A stretch of 64,000 nt of DNA, from the NCBI RefSeq assembly GCF_006345805.1, contig NC_042998.1, positions 78,864,001 to 78,928,000 on the forward strand. Reading direction: 5' to 3'. This DNA comes from Octopus sinensis. Taxonomy: Eukaryota. Numbering within the stretch: the first letter of the stretch is position 1; each line of letters opens with the position of its first letter. The notes beneath the pieces are model-generated. The model was not told where the DNA came from and searched no databases. It saw nothing but the letters and a program-made list of their open reading frames with translations. The position numbers and the translations under genes are program-made. Shown here piece after piece: positions 52,057 through 64,000 of this stretch.

Positions 52057-52621
52057 AAAGCCTATAATTTTAGCCTCACTATGTGAGGTATTTATCTCTC
52101 TTTGGACATAGAAAGTGGAATAATCTGACTAGCTTCTAGTTTCCTTAGACCTTTATCAATACTCATCTTCAGCCTTCAGAGAGATTAATAGCTTTTAGCT
52201 ATTTATAGTGTGTACAAACTTAGACATAGCCAAAGTGGTCTAATCTGTATAATATTGCATTATTAAAATGGTTTATTAATAATGCACTCTTAACATCGTT
52301 GATTAATAATGCAATACACAGTATTTTTTCAGACAGTTTGAAATATATGTTAAAGCTTTTTTGATAAAAGTGCATCAATTATATACAGTTACTCTTCCCC
52401 TGCTGTGCTAAGTAACATTCGTGCTATTAATAAATTTCACATTTTGAATAAACAACCAGTAAATTCGTTGCAGGATGTTTGTGGTTAAAACTTTACTTCG
52501 GTTTATCACATTACATTTTTCAGATTTCTTATTAATGAATTGTGGCTACAAATGTGTATATGAGCCAGCATGTATATATTTCCACAATATCAGTGTGTTT
52601 TTATGCATGCATACATATATG

Positions 52622-52656
<35 letters not shown>

Positions 52657-54292
52657 CATATGACAAAATGCTAAAAAAATTTTCAGAAGCCAAATTTTAT
52701 TCAGGTCAAGGCTAGCTGTTCTGCAGCATGTATTGCAAATCTGCAGTATGGTGTCGGGGTATCATCATGGGGTGGTGCTGGAGGGGTTGAGCAGTATGTT
52801 TGTAGTATTGGGGTGGTTGGTGAGTACAATGAGAAATTTTTTCAGGCAAAAGCAACAGCCATGTCATATGCATCAATGTGATAGACGAAACATGGGCTGT
52901 TGTGAGTTGAGGGTGGCGAGACAGAGGGAGAGAGAGAGAGAGAGAGAGTGGGAAAAGAAAGAGAAAGCATTGATGGAATGAAGTAGTTGAGTTACATGCA
53001 TAAATTTTTGTGTGTGTGTGTGTGTGTGTGTGCATTTATTTGGGAATGCTAAGATGGATGTGTGGGAAAGTTAGACGAACATTACACACTAAAATTAGTC
53101 ACATATGCAGTTAGATGTACATGCAATTAGCATTTGGTTTTCAGCAACACGTTTGGGGGTGGGGAGTGGGTGCAAGTGAGTGAGTGGGGTTAATATGTGG
53201 CACCCAAATTTTTTTAAACATTACTACTGCTGTTTCTGATATTTACACATAGACACACAAACACACACACACAAACATACACACAGACGCACATTTCTGT
53301 ATCTGTTTATCTCTAAGAGTGCTTTAATGTTAGCAATGCACTTCTGTTGCAATACTGAATGTTGGCCAGCCTATCAGTCTACATACCTGCCTACCCAACA
53401 ACCTACCTATCTACCATCACATCCAAATAACAACTCACCTATCTACCTATCCACCTTCCTATACTCACCTATATTACTACAGACTTATCTATCTACCCAC
53501 CTTTCTACCCTCATAAATTTTCTAAGCAGTCTACTGACCCACCCGTCTACGTACCCAATTTCTACTCACCTACCACCACTCCACCAACCCAGCAGACTCA
53601 ATGATATGATTTTCAAGAAGAAAATGATGCAAATGCACTGAAATACTCAACATACAGTGTAGCCCAGAAATATCTTCCATCTTCTATGACCACTATTACT
53701 CTTCTGTTTTCCTTTACCTCACTCATTATTGTATTCTTTCTCATCAAAATCGTTAGCATCATTGTTTTTATGCTGTCTTCGTTACCATTATTAAGGTCTT
53801 TCTTGTTGCTATGTTATTATCTTCATAATCATCTTTTGCGTTGTTGTTATCATCATCAATATTATTGATATTAATGAGAGCATGAGCATCATCATCATCA
53901 TCATCATTATTGTTGTTATGAATAGCAGTATTTTCATCACCATTGCAATCACTGTCATTGTCATCACCATTATTAGTAACATGATCGCCACCAACATCAG
54001 TACCACTTTCCTCATCATCGGCATAAACTCTATCATCACCACTCTATCATCATCATCATCATCATTCATTATCAACACAACTAGCAAAAGCATTACCGCA
54101 ATGATATTCATCATGAAGAAATAATCATTATAAGCTTCTCCTCATCAGTGTATTCATCATAATCAACATAATCTTTGTTTTTAGTGACCATGGCATTTAT
54201 TCCCTATTTTTGTGTGTGTGTTTCCATCACTTTTAAATAACTGTTTTGTATTATTAAAATTTAGTTATGAAAACTTACTCTCATACTGTATT

Positions 54293-54328
<36 letters not shown>

Positions 54329-54331
54329 ACA

Positions 54332-54377
<46 letters not shown>

Positions 54378-54587
54378 TTCTCATTTTTCTAATTATCGTT
54401 GCCATTCAAAATTTCTCTTCATTTTCCCTCTAGCTCCCTCTTTTTCTTTCTCCTTACTTCAACTTTCTAATATCATTTCTTGCATATACATCTATATGTA
54501 TCTTTATGGTTATACATGCATTCAAATTTATGCATATATTGTGAGTATGTGCATGCACACAGCCATGCTTGTATATGTTCATGTATA

Positions 54588-55122
54588 TCTATACATATAA
54601 ATTTGACATGGGCGATTCCTTCTTGTCTTGGGTTTCACGTGGGTGGAATTCACTTGGGTGGAAGTGCATGAAGAATTACACAGATGTGTAGAATGATCCG
54701 GTGGTGATGCTGGGCTTTGTATTTTTTCATGGTTACCGAGATAATCTACTATAATAATACTCTTGTGTTACCGAGATAATCTACTATAATAATACTCTTG
54801 TGTTTATGAATGAGAAAGGAAGGGGTGATAGATGAATAAGGAAGGAAGGGGTGATGTCATATTATTTTCATAGCTCCCATGGTTGCAGAGATAATCTACT
54901 ATAATAATATTCTTATGTTTATGAATGAGGAAGGAATGGGTGATGTCATACTTGGTAGTGGGATGATGAAAATTGTATGCCAAACAAAATAAACCAAACA
55001 GCATTTCAACTCTAAAATTGTTTTTTAACATAAGCATACCCAAGCAAGTCGAATGCTTACAAGAGCAGGTTTTACTGCCACATCATCCAAACCGACCTGG
55101 TGAAACCGAGTTTAGCTGCTGG
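54588..55122 (+). mobile_element. Non-autonomous Helitron-like element (family H1), apparently complete
   Basis: a|TCtatacatataaatttgacatgggc start and ccaaaccgacctggtgaaaccgagtttagctgCTGG|t end (A|T insertion context, no TSD). Internal 35-bp tandem duplication ttaccgagataatctactataataatactcttgtg. Confidence 0.65.
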
Positions 55123-55194
55123 TACATATATATTTGTGTGTATGTGCATATATATGTTTGTGTATGTTAATATATATGTGTGTGTACACCTACA

Positions 55195-55480
55195 ACACAC
55201 CATCCGTACGTAGCCGATGCCAGTGCCGCCTTGACTGGCTTCCGTGCCGGTGGCACGTAAAAAGCACCAACCGATCATGGCCATTGCCAGCCTCCCCTGG
55301 CACGTAAAAAGCACCCACTACACTCACGGAGTGGTTAGCGTTAGGAAGGGCATCCAGCTGTAGAAACACTGCCAGATCAGACTGGAGCCTGGTGCAGCCT
55401 CTTGGCTTCCCAGGCCCCGGTTGAACCGTCCAACCCATGCTAGCATGGAAAACTGACATTAAATGATGATGATGATGATG
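55195..55480 (+). mobile_element. RTE-tail-like repeat family R (young copy)
   Basis: Highly similar to the reverse complement of 14076-14410. Confidence 0.8.
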
Positions 55481-55629
55481 AAATATGTATACACATAAGT
55501 GAATGTACACACACATACATATAAAAGCCATATGTACAGATTTAGATGACAGAAACTGAAAGATCATCCTCTTTGTATAGGAGTGTGCAGGTGTGTCTGC
55601 ATATTTGTTTACATCTGTGATCACTAAGC

Positions 55630-55792
55630 GATGCACCTCCACTAGTGGTACTCATTTCTATGGCTGAGTGGACTAGAGCAACATGAAATGAAGTGCTCTG
55701 CTCAAGAACACAACACATTGCCTGGTCCAGGAATCAAGACTACAATCTTACGATCATGAGTCCAATATTCTAACCACTAAGCCATGCATCTC
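55630..55792 (-). mobile_element. tRNA-derived SINE family D, 5' part
   Basis: Reverse-complement similarity to the 59851 head (tggttagaat..., ttcttgagca..cact, ctccagtccactcagc-like). Confidence 0.7.
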
Positions 55793-55799
55793 CAAAGTA

Positions 55800-56880
55800 T
55801 TATTGACTCATTCATAAATGGAATCTCCCTTGCCCATATACAAACTAGCCTCTTAGGATATAAAACTCTAGCTTTGACTTCAATCATATATCATGTCTAT
55901 ACACTGGAAATGTCTATGAAATATTTTCAAGCTTATAGTTCTGCTTTTGAAGTAGAAAATTTGCTTCCCTCAAGATGACTTAAGAATTTTTGAATTCTGA
56001 AATTAATCAGATTTCTAAAAGGACAGCTTCTAGCACATCTGTTCCTTGATGAAATTTTCCATGACATTTTTGCAACTCATATCTAGCCCTGGTATACTGC
56101 TTGTTTCCAGTGTAAGAAAAATTAATATCTTTTCAAATGTGAGCATTTGTTTCTACTTCATCTTCAACTGACCCGTATTCTTTATACATTCTAATACTCT
56201 GACAGTAACTAAGCTGTTTATGGAACTTCCCTCACATGGCTCATTCATATGAGTAGTTTCAAAATGTTTAATCTCCTAATCTGTTGCATATAACCTTTGG
56301 TTGCCAAATAAAGACTAAAAGCATATGATATTGAGACCATCAGTTAATTTGACTATGCCAATCAATAAACATTGAGAAGAATTAAAGGTAAAAAAATTGC
56401 CTGTATTGTCAAATAGATTGCTTCATACCACTTGTCTGCTATGCAGGCATTATTCTTAGTATTCCTTTTCTAAATAAATCTGTCACAGTAGAATTCGGTG
56501 CCCTCCCTCTACTAGACTTGGCAGTTTATCCTCTGGTCTCACTAAAAATTGATCCATCAGAATCTACTCCAAACTGTCACCAGATTTTAACCCTGTAATT
56601 ACCCATCTGTGATTACCAAATTTTCTTGACCATAAATGGAACAGCAGCTTATAGCTATTTATAGCATGCATAACTTGAGCTTTTGGCTTTGTGTCTTATA
56701 GAAATCATTATGATTTAAACTGGAAGAGCAAGGGATTAGTGAATAACATTTCAGTATTTTGTTACGTAATGTTTCATTTTCATTCTGACTCCAAATCTCG
56801 CTGCAATTGACTTCCCATCTCTCCAAGTTAAACCTCCCCTTCAAATATTTGTCTTTGAGCCAATGTGTGAAATCATAATT
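55800..56880 (-). mobile_element. RTE-like LINE endonuclease/linker remnant
   Basis: Minus motifs: G.FN near 56830, FG.RN-like near 56790, MDQFLVRPED near 56560. Many stops. Confidence 0.45.
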
Positions 56881-57972
56881 ACATAAGGTGGATTATTGAA
56901 TATCTTTTATTTATGTATTTATTTACTTTTTGCCATGCGTCTCATTGCTCTTCATTTATATCAGAATTCTTTAGGTAAATTACATAAATTATACCTACAA
57001 GATAAGTGTCCTACATATACACACAAATGTGCACACTCACACAAATACACGCATACATAATGTTGTAAGCTATAGAATGTTTAAAAAAAAACTGAAAAAA
57101 TTCAAATTAGAAGGTTTCTATCTGAAATTCCTCATTCACAGTATTTCTTGTTTATGTGTTTTAATGGAATATTTGCTGTAATTGGGAGAGTGATGAGAAG
57201 TGATAGGGATTGGACGCATTAATAGCCATCATTATAGTGATGATTACGGTACTGGTGGCAGCATCCATAAATAGGAAATTATATTCCTTTGTATACATGA
57301 AATTCTGAATTTTCACTTCTGAGCAGCAAATGCTGATTTATCAATTTAAAGTTTTGTAATTTCACACAGGCGCATACAAACAAATGTACACATACATGCA
57401 CACGTATGCACATGCATGCACACACAGAAGCATGCAATGATGCATTTGCATATTGACTTATACATTCAGATTCACATCTAGACATACAGATCTCACAATA
57501 GAAAGCACAAAAATAACCCTAAAAATTAAATTAAATTAAAGAAATCAATTCTTAACAGCTGAAAATTATCTCCCTTCTTCTAACAGATTCGTTAACAATT
57601 GCTACCAGGTTTTTGTTTCTTTCTGCAATTAAGTGGCAAATTTCAATTCATTAAGAATTTTTTTTTATATGTCATTTAGTACACTACCACCTAACTGAAT
57701 TATTACACGTGACATGCATGCACAAAATGTTTACTCCAATGTAACATAATATTCCTTTAAGACTGCAAAAGAAATCAAAAAGAAAACGGAATATATATTC
57801 ACGTATCAAGTAAATTATGATATATTTAATTAATTTATAAATGCAGTGATGGCTAAAATCTATGGATTTATCCCATACTGAACTGTATTACATGCACACA
57901 CACATATTATGCATATATCATCATCAACATCATCATTTAATTTCAGTTTTTCTTGCTGGCATGGATTGGATG

Positions 57973-58427
57973 CAGAGCCAGATTAAGGCCCATAGAGGTA
58001 CTAAACATTTAAAAGGTTTTGGTGCCCTCGAGTATACGTAAATGGTTGAAAATATAAACAAAAATTATTCAAAATGTAAACAATAATAAGCCCATAAAAT
58101 AAATTCTTATTTTTCAAAATGTAACAAAATTAACTATAAGATGGAAAATAATGTTTATTTTTGTATGTTTCCACTTTATTTATATTTGAAAAATTTTCTC
58201 CTTTGTTTTTTCTCTTTTAATAACAAAGTCTTTGATGATATCGTTAGAATTAATTTTATGTAAAACTTCTGCTTCTATACTTAGAAGAGATAAGGCATTA
58301 TTAATATTATTTTAGCAAGTTTAAAGTGATTTCTTTCATGCGGTGGACCATTTTCATTTTTGCGATGTCCCCATCCCTTGATCCCCTAAGCGCGTGTTTA
58401 TTTTATTTTATGGTTAATCCAGTGCTG
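57973..58427 (-). mobile_element. Internally deleted hAT (Tip100-like) element inserted into a family R repeat
   Basis: TIRs cagagccagattaa / ttaatccagtgctg. Degenerate 8-bp flanks attggatg / gttatatg. A minus frame reads NNALSLLSIEAEVLHKINSNDIIKDFVIKREK, like a hAT C-terminal dimerisation region. Confidence 0.7.
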
Positions 58428-59850
58428 GTTATATGGTTTGACCAGAGCTAGCAAGCTGGGGAGGCTGCACCAGACTCCAGTCTGATTTAACCTGGTTTCT
58501 ATGGCTGGATGCCCTTCCTAACACCAACTACTTTACAGAGTGTGCTGGGTGCTTTATACGTGCCACCACATGAATGTTTTGACATGGCACTGGCACAAGT
58601 GCTTTTTACATGCCCCCCCAACACAGGACTTTTGCAAGCCAATCCTCTTTACCAGGGACAGTGGCTTTAACACTTCTGCAGTGGAGTATGTGTCTTCTTG
58701 AGTACATAGGTCTGTCTCTCTCTCTCTATCTATCTATCTATCTTCTCTCTCTCTCTCTCTCTCTCTCTTACACACACACACACGCACACCACACACAAAA
58801 AAAAAATACATATAATACATAGTCAGTTGACCTGATAGTTAAAGCATCTGAATCTCCTTCAAATCACCTGCTATAGTATTTAAAAAGTGAACACTGGATA
58901 GCATGTCTGAAAAGTGAAGATAGAATGATCGTAGCTAGATGCCCTTGGTCATAGGTCTGTTTGATCAGGGCTGACTTCGCGTAATCATATGATGCATGGT
59001 AATCTCATAAATACACATAGAAATGCATTCACACATCCACATTTAGAATTTTCATGTAGTACATTGCCAAGACCACACATTTATGTTCACATGTGTGTGC
59101 GCACACACGCATATGCATGTTCTTACAAATACGCACTTTCTCACACACATGTACATATTTATTCAAGTAGATGTAAACATTTACACCTGCTCACATGCAT
59201 GCACACACATGCTCATAAATGTAAACATATCATCTGACATGATCAGCATCCACGCATTCACAATGCACACAAAATTCACAATTAATGCAATATGCATACA
59301 TGCCCGTAATCAACACAAAACGTAGTTGCTACACACACACACACGCGCATTTCTCTCTCACTCTCTCAAACACACACATACACACAATATGTCTTTAATG
59401 TGCTCTACAAATACATGCATGCACACATAGATAAATACGCTTTTGCACGTTGATGCAAGCACTTTATTATGCACAGCACATTCGCAAATATACTGAAGAC
59501 ACTTCATATATGCACAATTAACAAACATCTTCCATACATTTATTGTCTCTCACTCCTATAAACATATGCACTCATGCATATTGTGCACAAAAGTCAGAAA
59601 CAAACACACAAGTATGCAGGCATATATATACGCATGCAGATACATATTCACGCAAGTAGAGTGGTATTTACACTAGGATATTCGGTGTTAAAGGCCATAG
59701 TAAGTCATAAAGCAGTGTCATACAAATATTTAGTGATCATTTCATCTGCTTCGTCAACACTTTCATCATCATCACCTTCATCGTCATCACCGTTGATATT
59801 AGGATCATTGTATTCACCAATACCATCAAAATTACTGTCATAGCTAATGA

Positions 59851-60180
59851 AGGTGCATGACTCAATGGTTAGAGCATCAGGCTCACAATCCTGAGGTAGT
59901 GAGTTCAATTCCTGGACCTGGTTGTGTGTTGTGTTCTTCAGCAAGACACTTTATTTTGCGTTACTCCAGTTCACTCATCTGTAGAAGTGAGTTGTAATAT
60001 CACTGGTGCCAAGCTGTATTGGCTTTTGCTTTTCCCTTGGATATCATCGGTGGTATGGAGATGGGAAGCTGGTATGCATGGGTAACTAGTGGCTTTCCAT
60101 AAACGACCTTGCCCAGACTTGTACCTCAGAGGACAACTTTCTAGGTCCAATCCCACAGTCATTCATGACTAAAGGGGTTG
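59851..60180 (+). mobile_element. tRNA-derived SINE family D, full length
   Basis: aggtgcatgactcaatggttagagc (A box), gagttcaattcc (B box), ttcttcagcaagacacttt core. Confidence 0.85.
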
Positions 60181-60832
60181 GGAGGTCATGATTCAGTTAA
60201 TGTCACCACCACAAAATTACAACCCCTGGTACTTCATAGTCACCACTCACATAGTATTGTGGTACAAGAGCCAGCTCCTGGAATGCTAAGACTGTAGTAT
60301 AGATTTATCACTTGTTGAAACTATTTGACTTACTTATACTGTTAATGCTCTTGAAACAGATATTAAGTCAACAGCTTTTGGAAAGGTCATTGGGATTGAC
60401 AGAAATTGTAGCTTGTTAACCTGAATGCCTTAACTGCATCTCTACATCTAGAATATGTAACAGACATGTACTGGGACCAATTCTATGAACTACACTGGTC
60501 CTTTATAAGCCAGCGGTTTTATCCCAATGCAAGAAATCATTATCATCTTGATTATAATTATTATTATCAAGGTAGTGGGTGATTTAAGTACCATTTCAGG
60601 TGCTGGGGAGGATTTCATCAGCTGTGATCTCTGTCAAATTGTGTGGCCTTCTGCCAGCATTTCACATTTAATTTAACTTGCTAGCATTATGATTATTAAA
60701 AAATATCAGCTGCTACCATTTCCGCCACCAGTACACAGCAAAAGAAAAAAAAACCTATGATCGTTTGACCTATTAGAAATAGCTACCATATATCTCTCAA
60801 ATCATGCCTTACTACGTTATGAAATGGACATA

Positions 60833-61242
60833 GGTGCAGGAGTGGCTGTGTGGTAAGTAGCTTGCTTACCAACCACATGGTTCCGGATTCATTCCCACTG
60901 TGTGGCTCCTTGGGCAAGTGTCTTCTACTATAGCCTCGGTTCGACCAAAGCCTTGTGAGTGGATTTGGTAGATGGAAACTGAAAGAAGCCCATCGTATAT
61001 ATGTATATATATATATGTATGTGTGTGTGTGTGTATATGTTTATGTGTCTGTGTTTGTGCCCCCAACATCGCTTGACAACCGATGCTGGTGTGTTTACAT
61101 CCCCGTAACTTAGCGGTTCGGCAAAAGAGACCGATAGAATAAGTACTAGGCATCCAAAGGATAAGTCCTAGGGTCAATTTGCTTGACTAAAGGCGGTGCT
61201 CCAGCATGGCCGCAGTCAAATGACTGAAACAAGTAAAAGAGT
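60833..61242 (+). mobile_element. SINE family A, full length
   Basis: Colinear with 12432-12847. Confidence 0.92.
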
Positions 61243-61654
61243 ATATGGGACAATGTAGTTCTGAATACCCTTAAAAGATATCCTCCTGGTTACAGCACAT
61301 TTGATCGTAGGTTTGCTCAATCGAAATTTACAAACAAAAGTTACAATCTGAAATGTTGCATGTTAATATGCCATTAGCTACATATTAATTGAATGTACTT
61401 AACTGGATCATCAGAGTTTACCCATAGATGATTAACACGGTGACATGACTGCCTTTGTTTGAAAATATGTAGCAGAACAACTCTTGATATTGAAGAAATG
61501 TAAACTATAATGAGAAAATAAAAACATTGCTAATGTTTATATTTACCTACAAGTTTCATTCCTGATTCAAAAAGACTAGAAATTAAAAAAAAAAGGTGGA
61601 ACTCTGGTTTTCTTTAAGTATGCACCTGTGTTCTGTTTAAATGTAGATATTTGT

Positions 61655-62069
61655 TCATCATCATCATCATCATTTAACGTCCGTTTTCCGTGCTAGCACA
61701 GGTTGGACGGTTCAACCGGGGTCTGGGAAGCCAGGGGCTGCACCAGGCTCCAGTCTGATCTGGCAGTGTTTCTACAGCTGGATGCCCTTCCTAATGCCAA
61801 CTGCTCCGCGAGTGTAGTGGGTGCTTTTTATGTGCCACCTGCACAGGTGCCAGGGGAGTCCGGTATCGGCCACAATCGGTTGGTGCTTTTAACGTGCCAC
61901 CGGCACGGAAGCCAGCCAAGGCGGTGCTGGCATCGGCCATGTTCGGATGGTGCTTTTTATGTGCCACCGGCACAGAAGCCAGTCGAGGCGGTGCTGGCAA
62001 CGGCCACGTTCGGATGGTGCTTTTTATGTGCCACCGGCACAGGTATCACAACTACTATTTCCATTGATT
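61655..62069 (-). mobile_element. RTE-tail-like repeat family R with about three ~66-bp minisatellite units
   Basis: Repeated gtgccaccggcac(g/a)gaagccag..ggcggtgctggca..ggccacgttcggatggtgcttttta. Confidence 0.8.
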
Positions 62070-62089
62070 GTTCACACTTAGATTTCTAA

Positions 62090-63257
62090 AGAAAGGATTT
62101 AATTTAAAAACAGTGTTGTACACGAGAACATAGAGGTACATAGATACTAAATGAGTACTAGCTGAAATACATTTTGCAGCAGAGGAAGAGACAAGAGACA
62201 TAATATAGAAGAAAACTAAGAGTTACTGCAAGACATGTTGTGAGGCAGAGACCAGATCTATGGCTGGCAAAAGGTCTCAACCTGGTGACATAGAGAATAA
62301 TATTATAGACAGAGCCATAAAATGCTTGGAAAAGACAACAACATGTAGCGATGACAGAAGCTAAACATCACTGGTACATAGCAAGAAGTGAAGCAGAAAG
62401 TAAGAAATTTGTCAATGTTCTATGACATGAGGATCAGAAGTGTGAAGTGTTTGGGATTGCAAAGTCGTATGCCAGTTTAAATCAAAATGGTGTAAGTAAA
62501 ATGTTTGTTATCATAGCTGCACATGCCTTCACTAATGCCAAGATTAAATGGCATGGAAATATTGCTGCAAGAAACTGTTGAATTAAAAGAATTTATTGGG
62601 GAGATGAAACAATCCCAAGGAGACTCAACAAGGCTGTCGGCTATTGAAATCGTGTGAGATATGTTTAAAGTAGCCATTTGGTCATTAAGGATGTGAAGGC
62701 AAGGAAAGCAACTCTACTTTCAAGGATAAGCACTAAGATGCTGAAAATATTCAGTGATGTAAGACATACACCAATTACTTGCACAGTCAGCAGGTTGTAC
62801 TGGAAGAGCTTATTCACAATATGTGGTATAGAAGTAGTATCAGTAATTACTACAAAGGCAAAGGTTGTGCTGTAGAAAGAAGCTTCCATAGAAGCATCAA
62901 ATTAATGGGACAAGTGATGTAAGTAACAAAGGGTTACAACTAATTAAGAAGAAAATCAGCTTAGATAAAACTTAGTTCAAGTTTGTGTTCTCTTTTCAAT
63001 GAGATATCTATTGGATTAGTTTTTGGTGTGACCAAGCATTCATTGTGAGAGAAGGCCTCTGTTGAAGTTTCATGCACTGCAGTCTGAATAAGGCTGAGAG
63101 AAGTAGGTATAAATGAGTGGTTTGCAAGAAATGTACAAACCATATGGAGAGATATTATCTGCATGTGAGTTAGCAAGGAGTTCAGTAGAGAATCTGGCAT
63201 GCAAATAGGTGTCTTACCAGAGCTCAATTTTTCTTTTATCATAGCTATTCGGCTATG

Positions 63258-63290
<33 letters not shown>
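62090..63290 (+). mobile_element. RTE-clade LINE RT remnant
   Basis: NYYKGKGCAVERS..RSIKLMGQVM (~62845-62920) and LREVGINEWFARNVQTIW...KEFS (~63090-63190), matching RTE RT motifs in order. Confidence 0.7.
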
Positions 63291-63292
<2 letters not shown>

Positions 63293-63299
63293 GCTGATA

Positions 63300-64000
63300 G
63301 CTTCTCTTACCTAGTGACCTAATTAACAGTGGATGAAAGATAATGTTCCAAAAGCATAGTATCCAGAGTAAAAACAAAGTAGAAAAAAATTACCTTTACA
63401 ATCAACAGAGGAATTCTTTCTGGTGAAAAGGTAGATTTTATGATGCTTTTGTGTAAGATGAGTGTTGGGTACTTGAAAAATAAGGACATTGAACAGGAAA
63501 AATGTGAATGCTGGAAAGAAATGAATACATATTTCACAGGATGTGTACTGTTGGTGTATATGAATGATGAAGCAAAAACTGAGCTGAGAGGATAACTGGA
63601 TATAAGAGGATTTAGATATAGCATATGAAAAGTGTAGAGTTCATCAATGTGAACATGTGATGCATATGGGGGATGATGGTTAGTAAAGACATGGAGCAAT
63701 CCAAGTGAAAGAAAGGAAGATGAAATATGATATGGTAAAAAGTTATGTAAGTTGATTTTAAGAGATTGAACCTCACAAAGGAGATGGCAAATAACTGCAA
63801 CGAGTGACAAAACCTAGTACTGAAGACCTAGTGAGTTTGGAAAAACACAAACATAAAATGCCAATAATAATGGCAGTTGCAATGATGGAGTAAGAGTGTT
63901 TAGTTGTAAGATTAAAGCCTTTCTTGAGGATGCTAAGGATAACATTCTGCAGTCACCAAACCCAAGATATTTTCACAGACTGGAGTACAATGTAGGGTTT
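63300..64000 (-). mobile_element. Degenerate CR1/L2-like LINE 3' remnant (continues past the window end)
   Basis: Minus LSILKKGF.L...LLLHHC..YYW, resembling the C-terminal RT region of CR1/L2. Weak. Confidence 0.35.

Noticed and set aside
56659-56880. ~75-codon open minus frame (NYDFTHWLKDKYLKGRFNLERW...)
   Set aside because: Lies within and colinear with the decayed RTE endonuclease remnant.
61880-62040. Regularly spaced ~66-bp repeats, superficially array-like
   Set aside because: Tandem minisatellite inside family R with no unique spacers, in eukaryotic context; not CRISPR.

Overview
AT-rich, repeat-dominated eukaryotic DNA whose repeat families and (TA)n/(CA)n/(GA)n microsatellite load fit a coleoid cephalopod such as Octopus (inferred from repeat types, not a database match). 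I recognise no host protein-coding gene. Almost all ORFs in the track are microsatellite read-throughs or broken transposon frames; only a few small, unverified exon candidates remain. The window holds two near-full-length decayed mariners, a fold-back mariner derivative, a Tc1 fragment, hAT/pogo/piggyBac-like MITEs, three non-autonomous Helitron-like elements, several tRNA-derived SINE families (two nested insertions with clear TSDs), and RTE, CR1-like and Penelope retroelement remnants. The most notable signal is a set of short Penelope-type repeats carrying intact or decayed minimal hammerhead-ribozyme motifs. One sits in a near-perfect 158-bp palindrome and one in a fold-back plus partial-tandem unit. 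Coordinates of old decayed elements are approximate (tens to ~100 bp). Family names come from reading motifs by eye.
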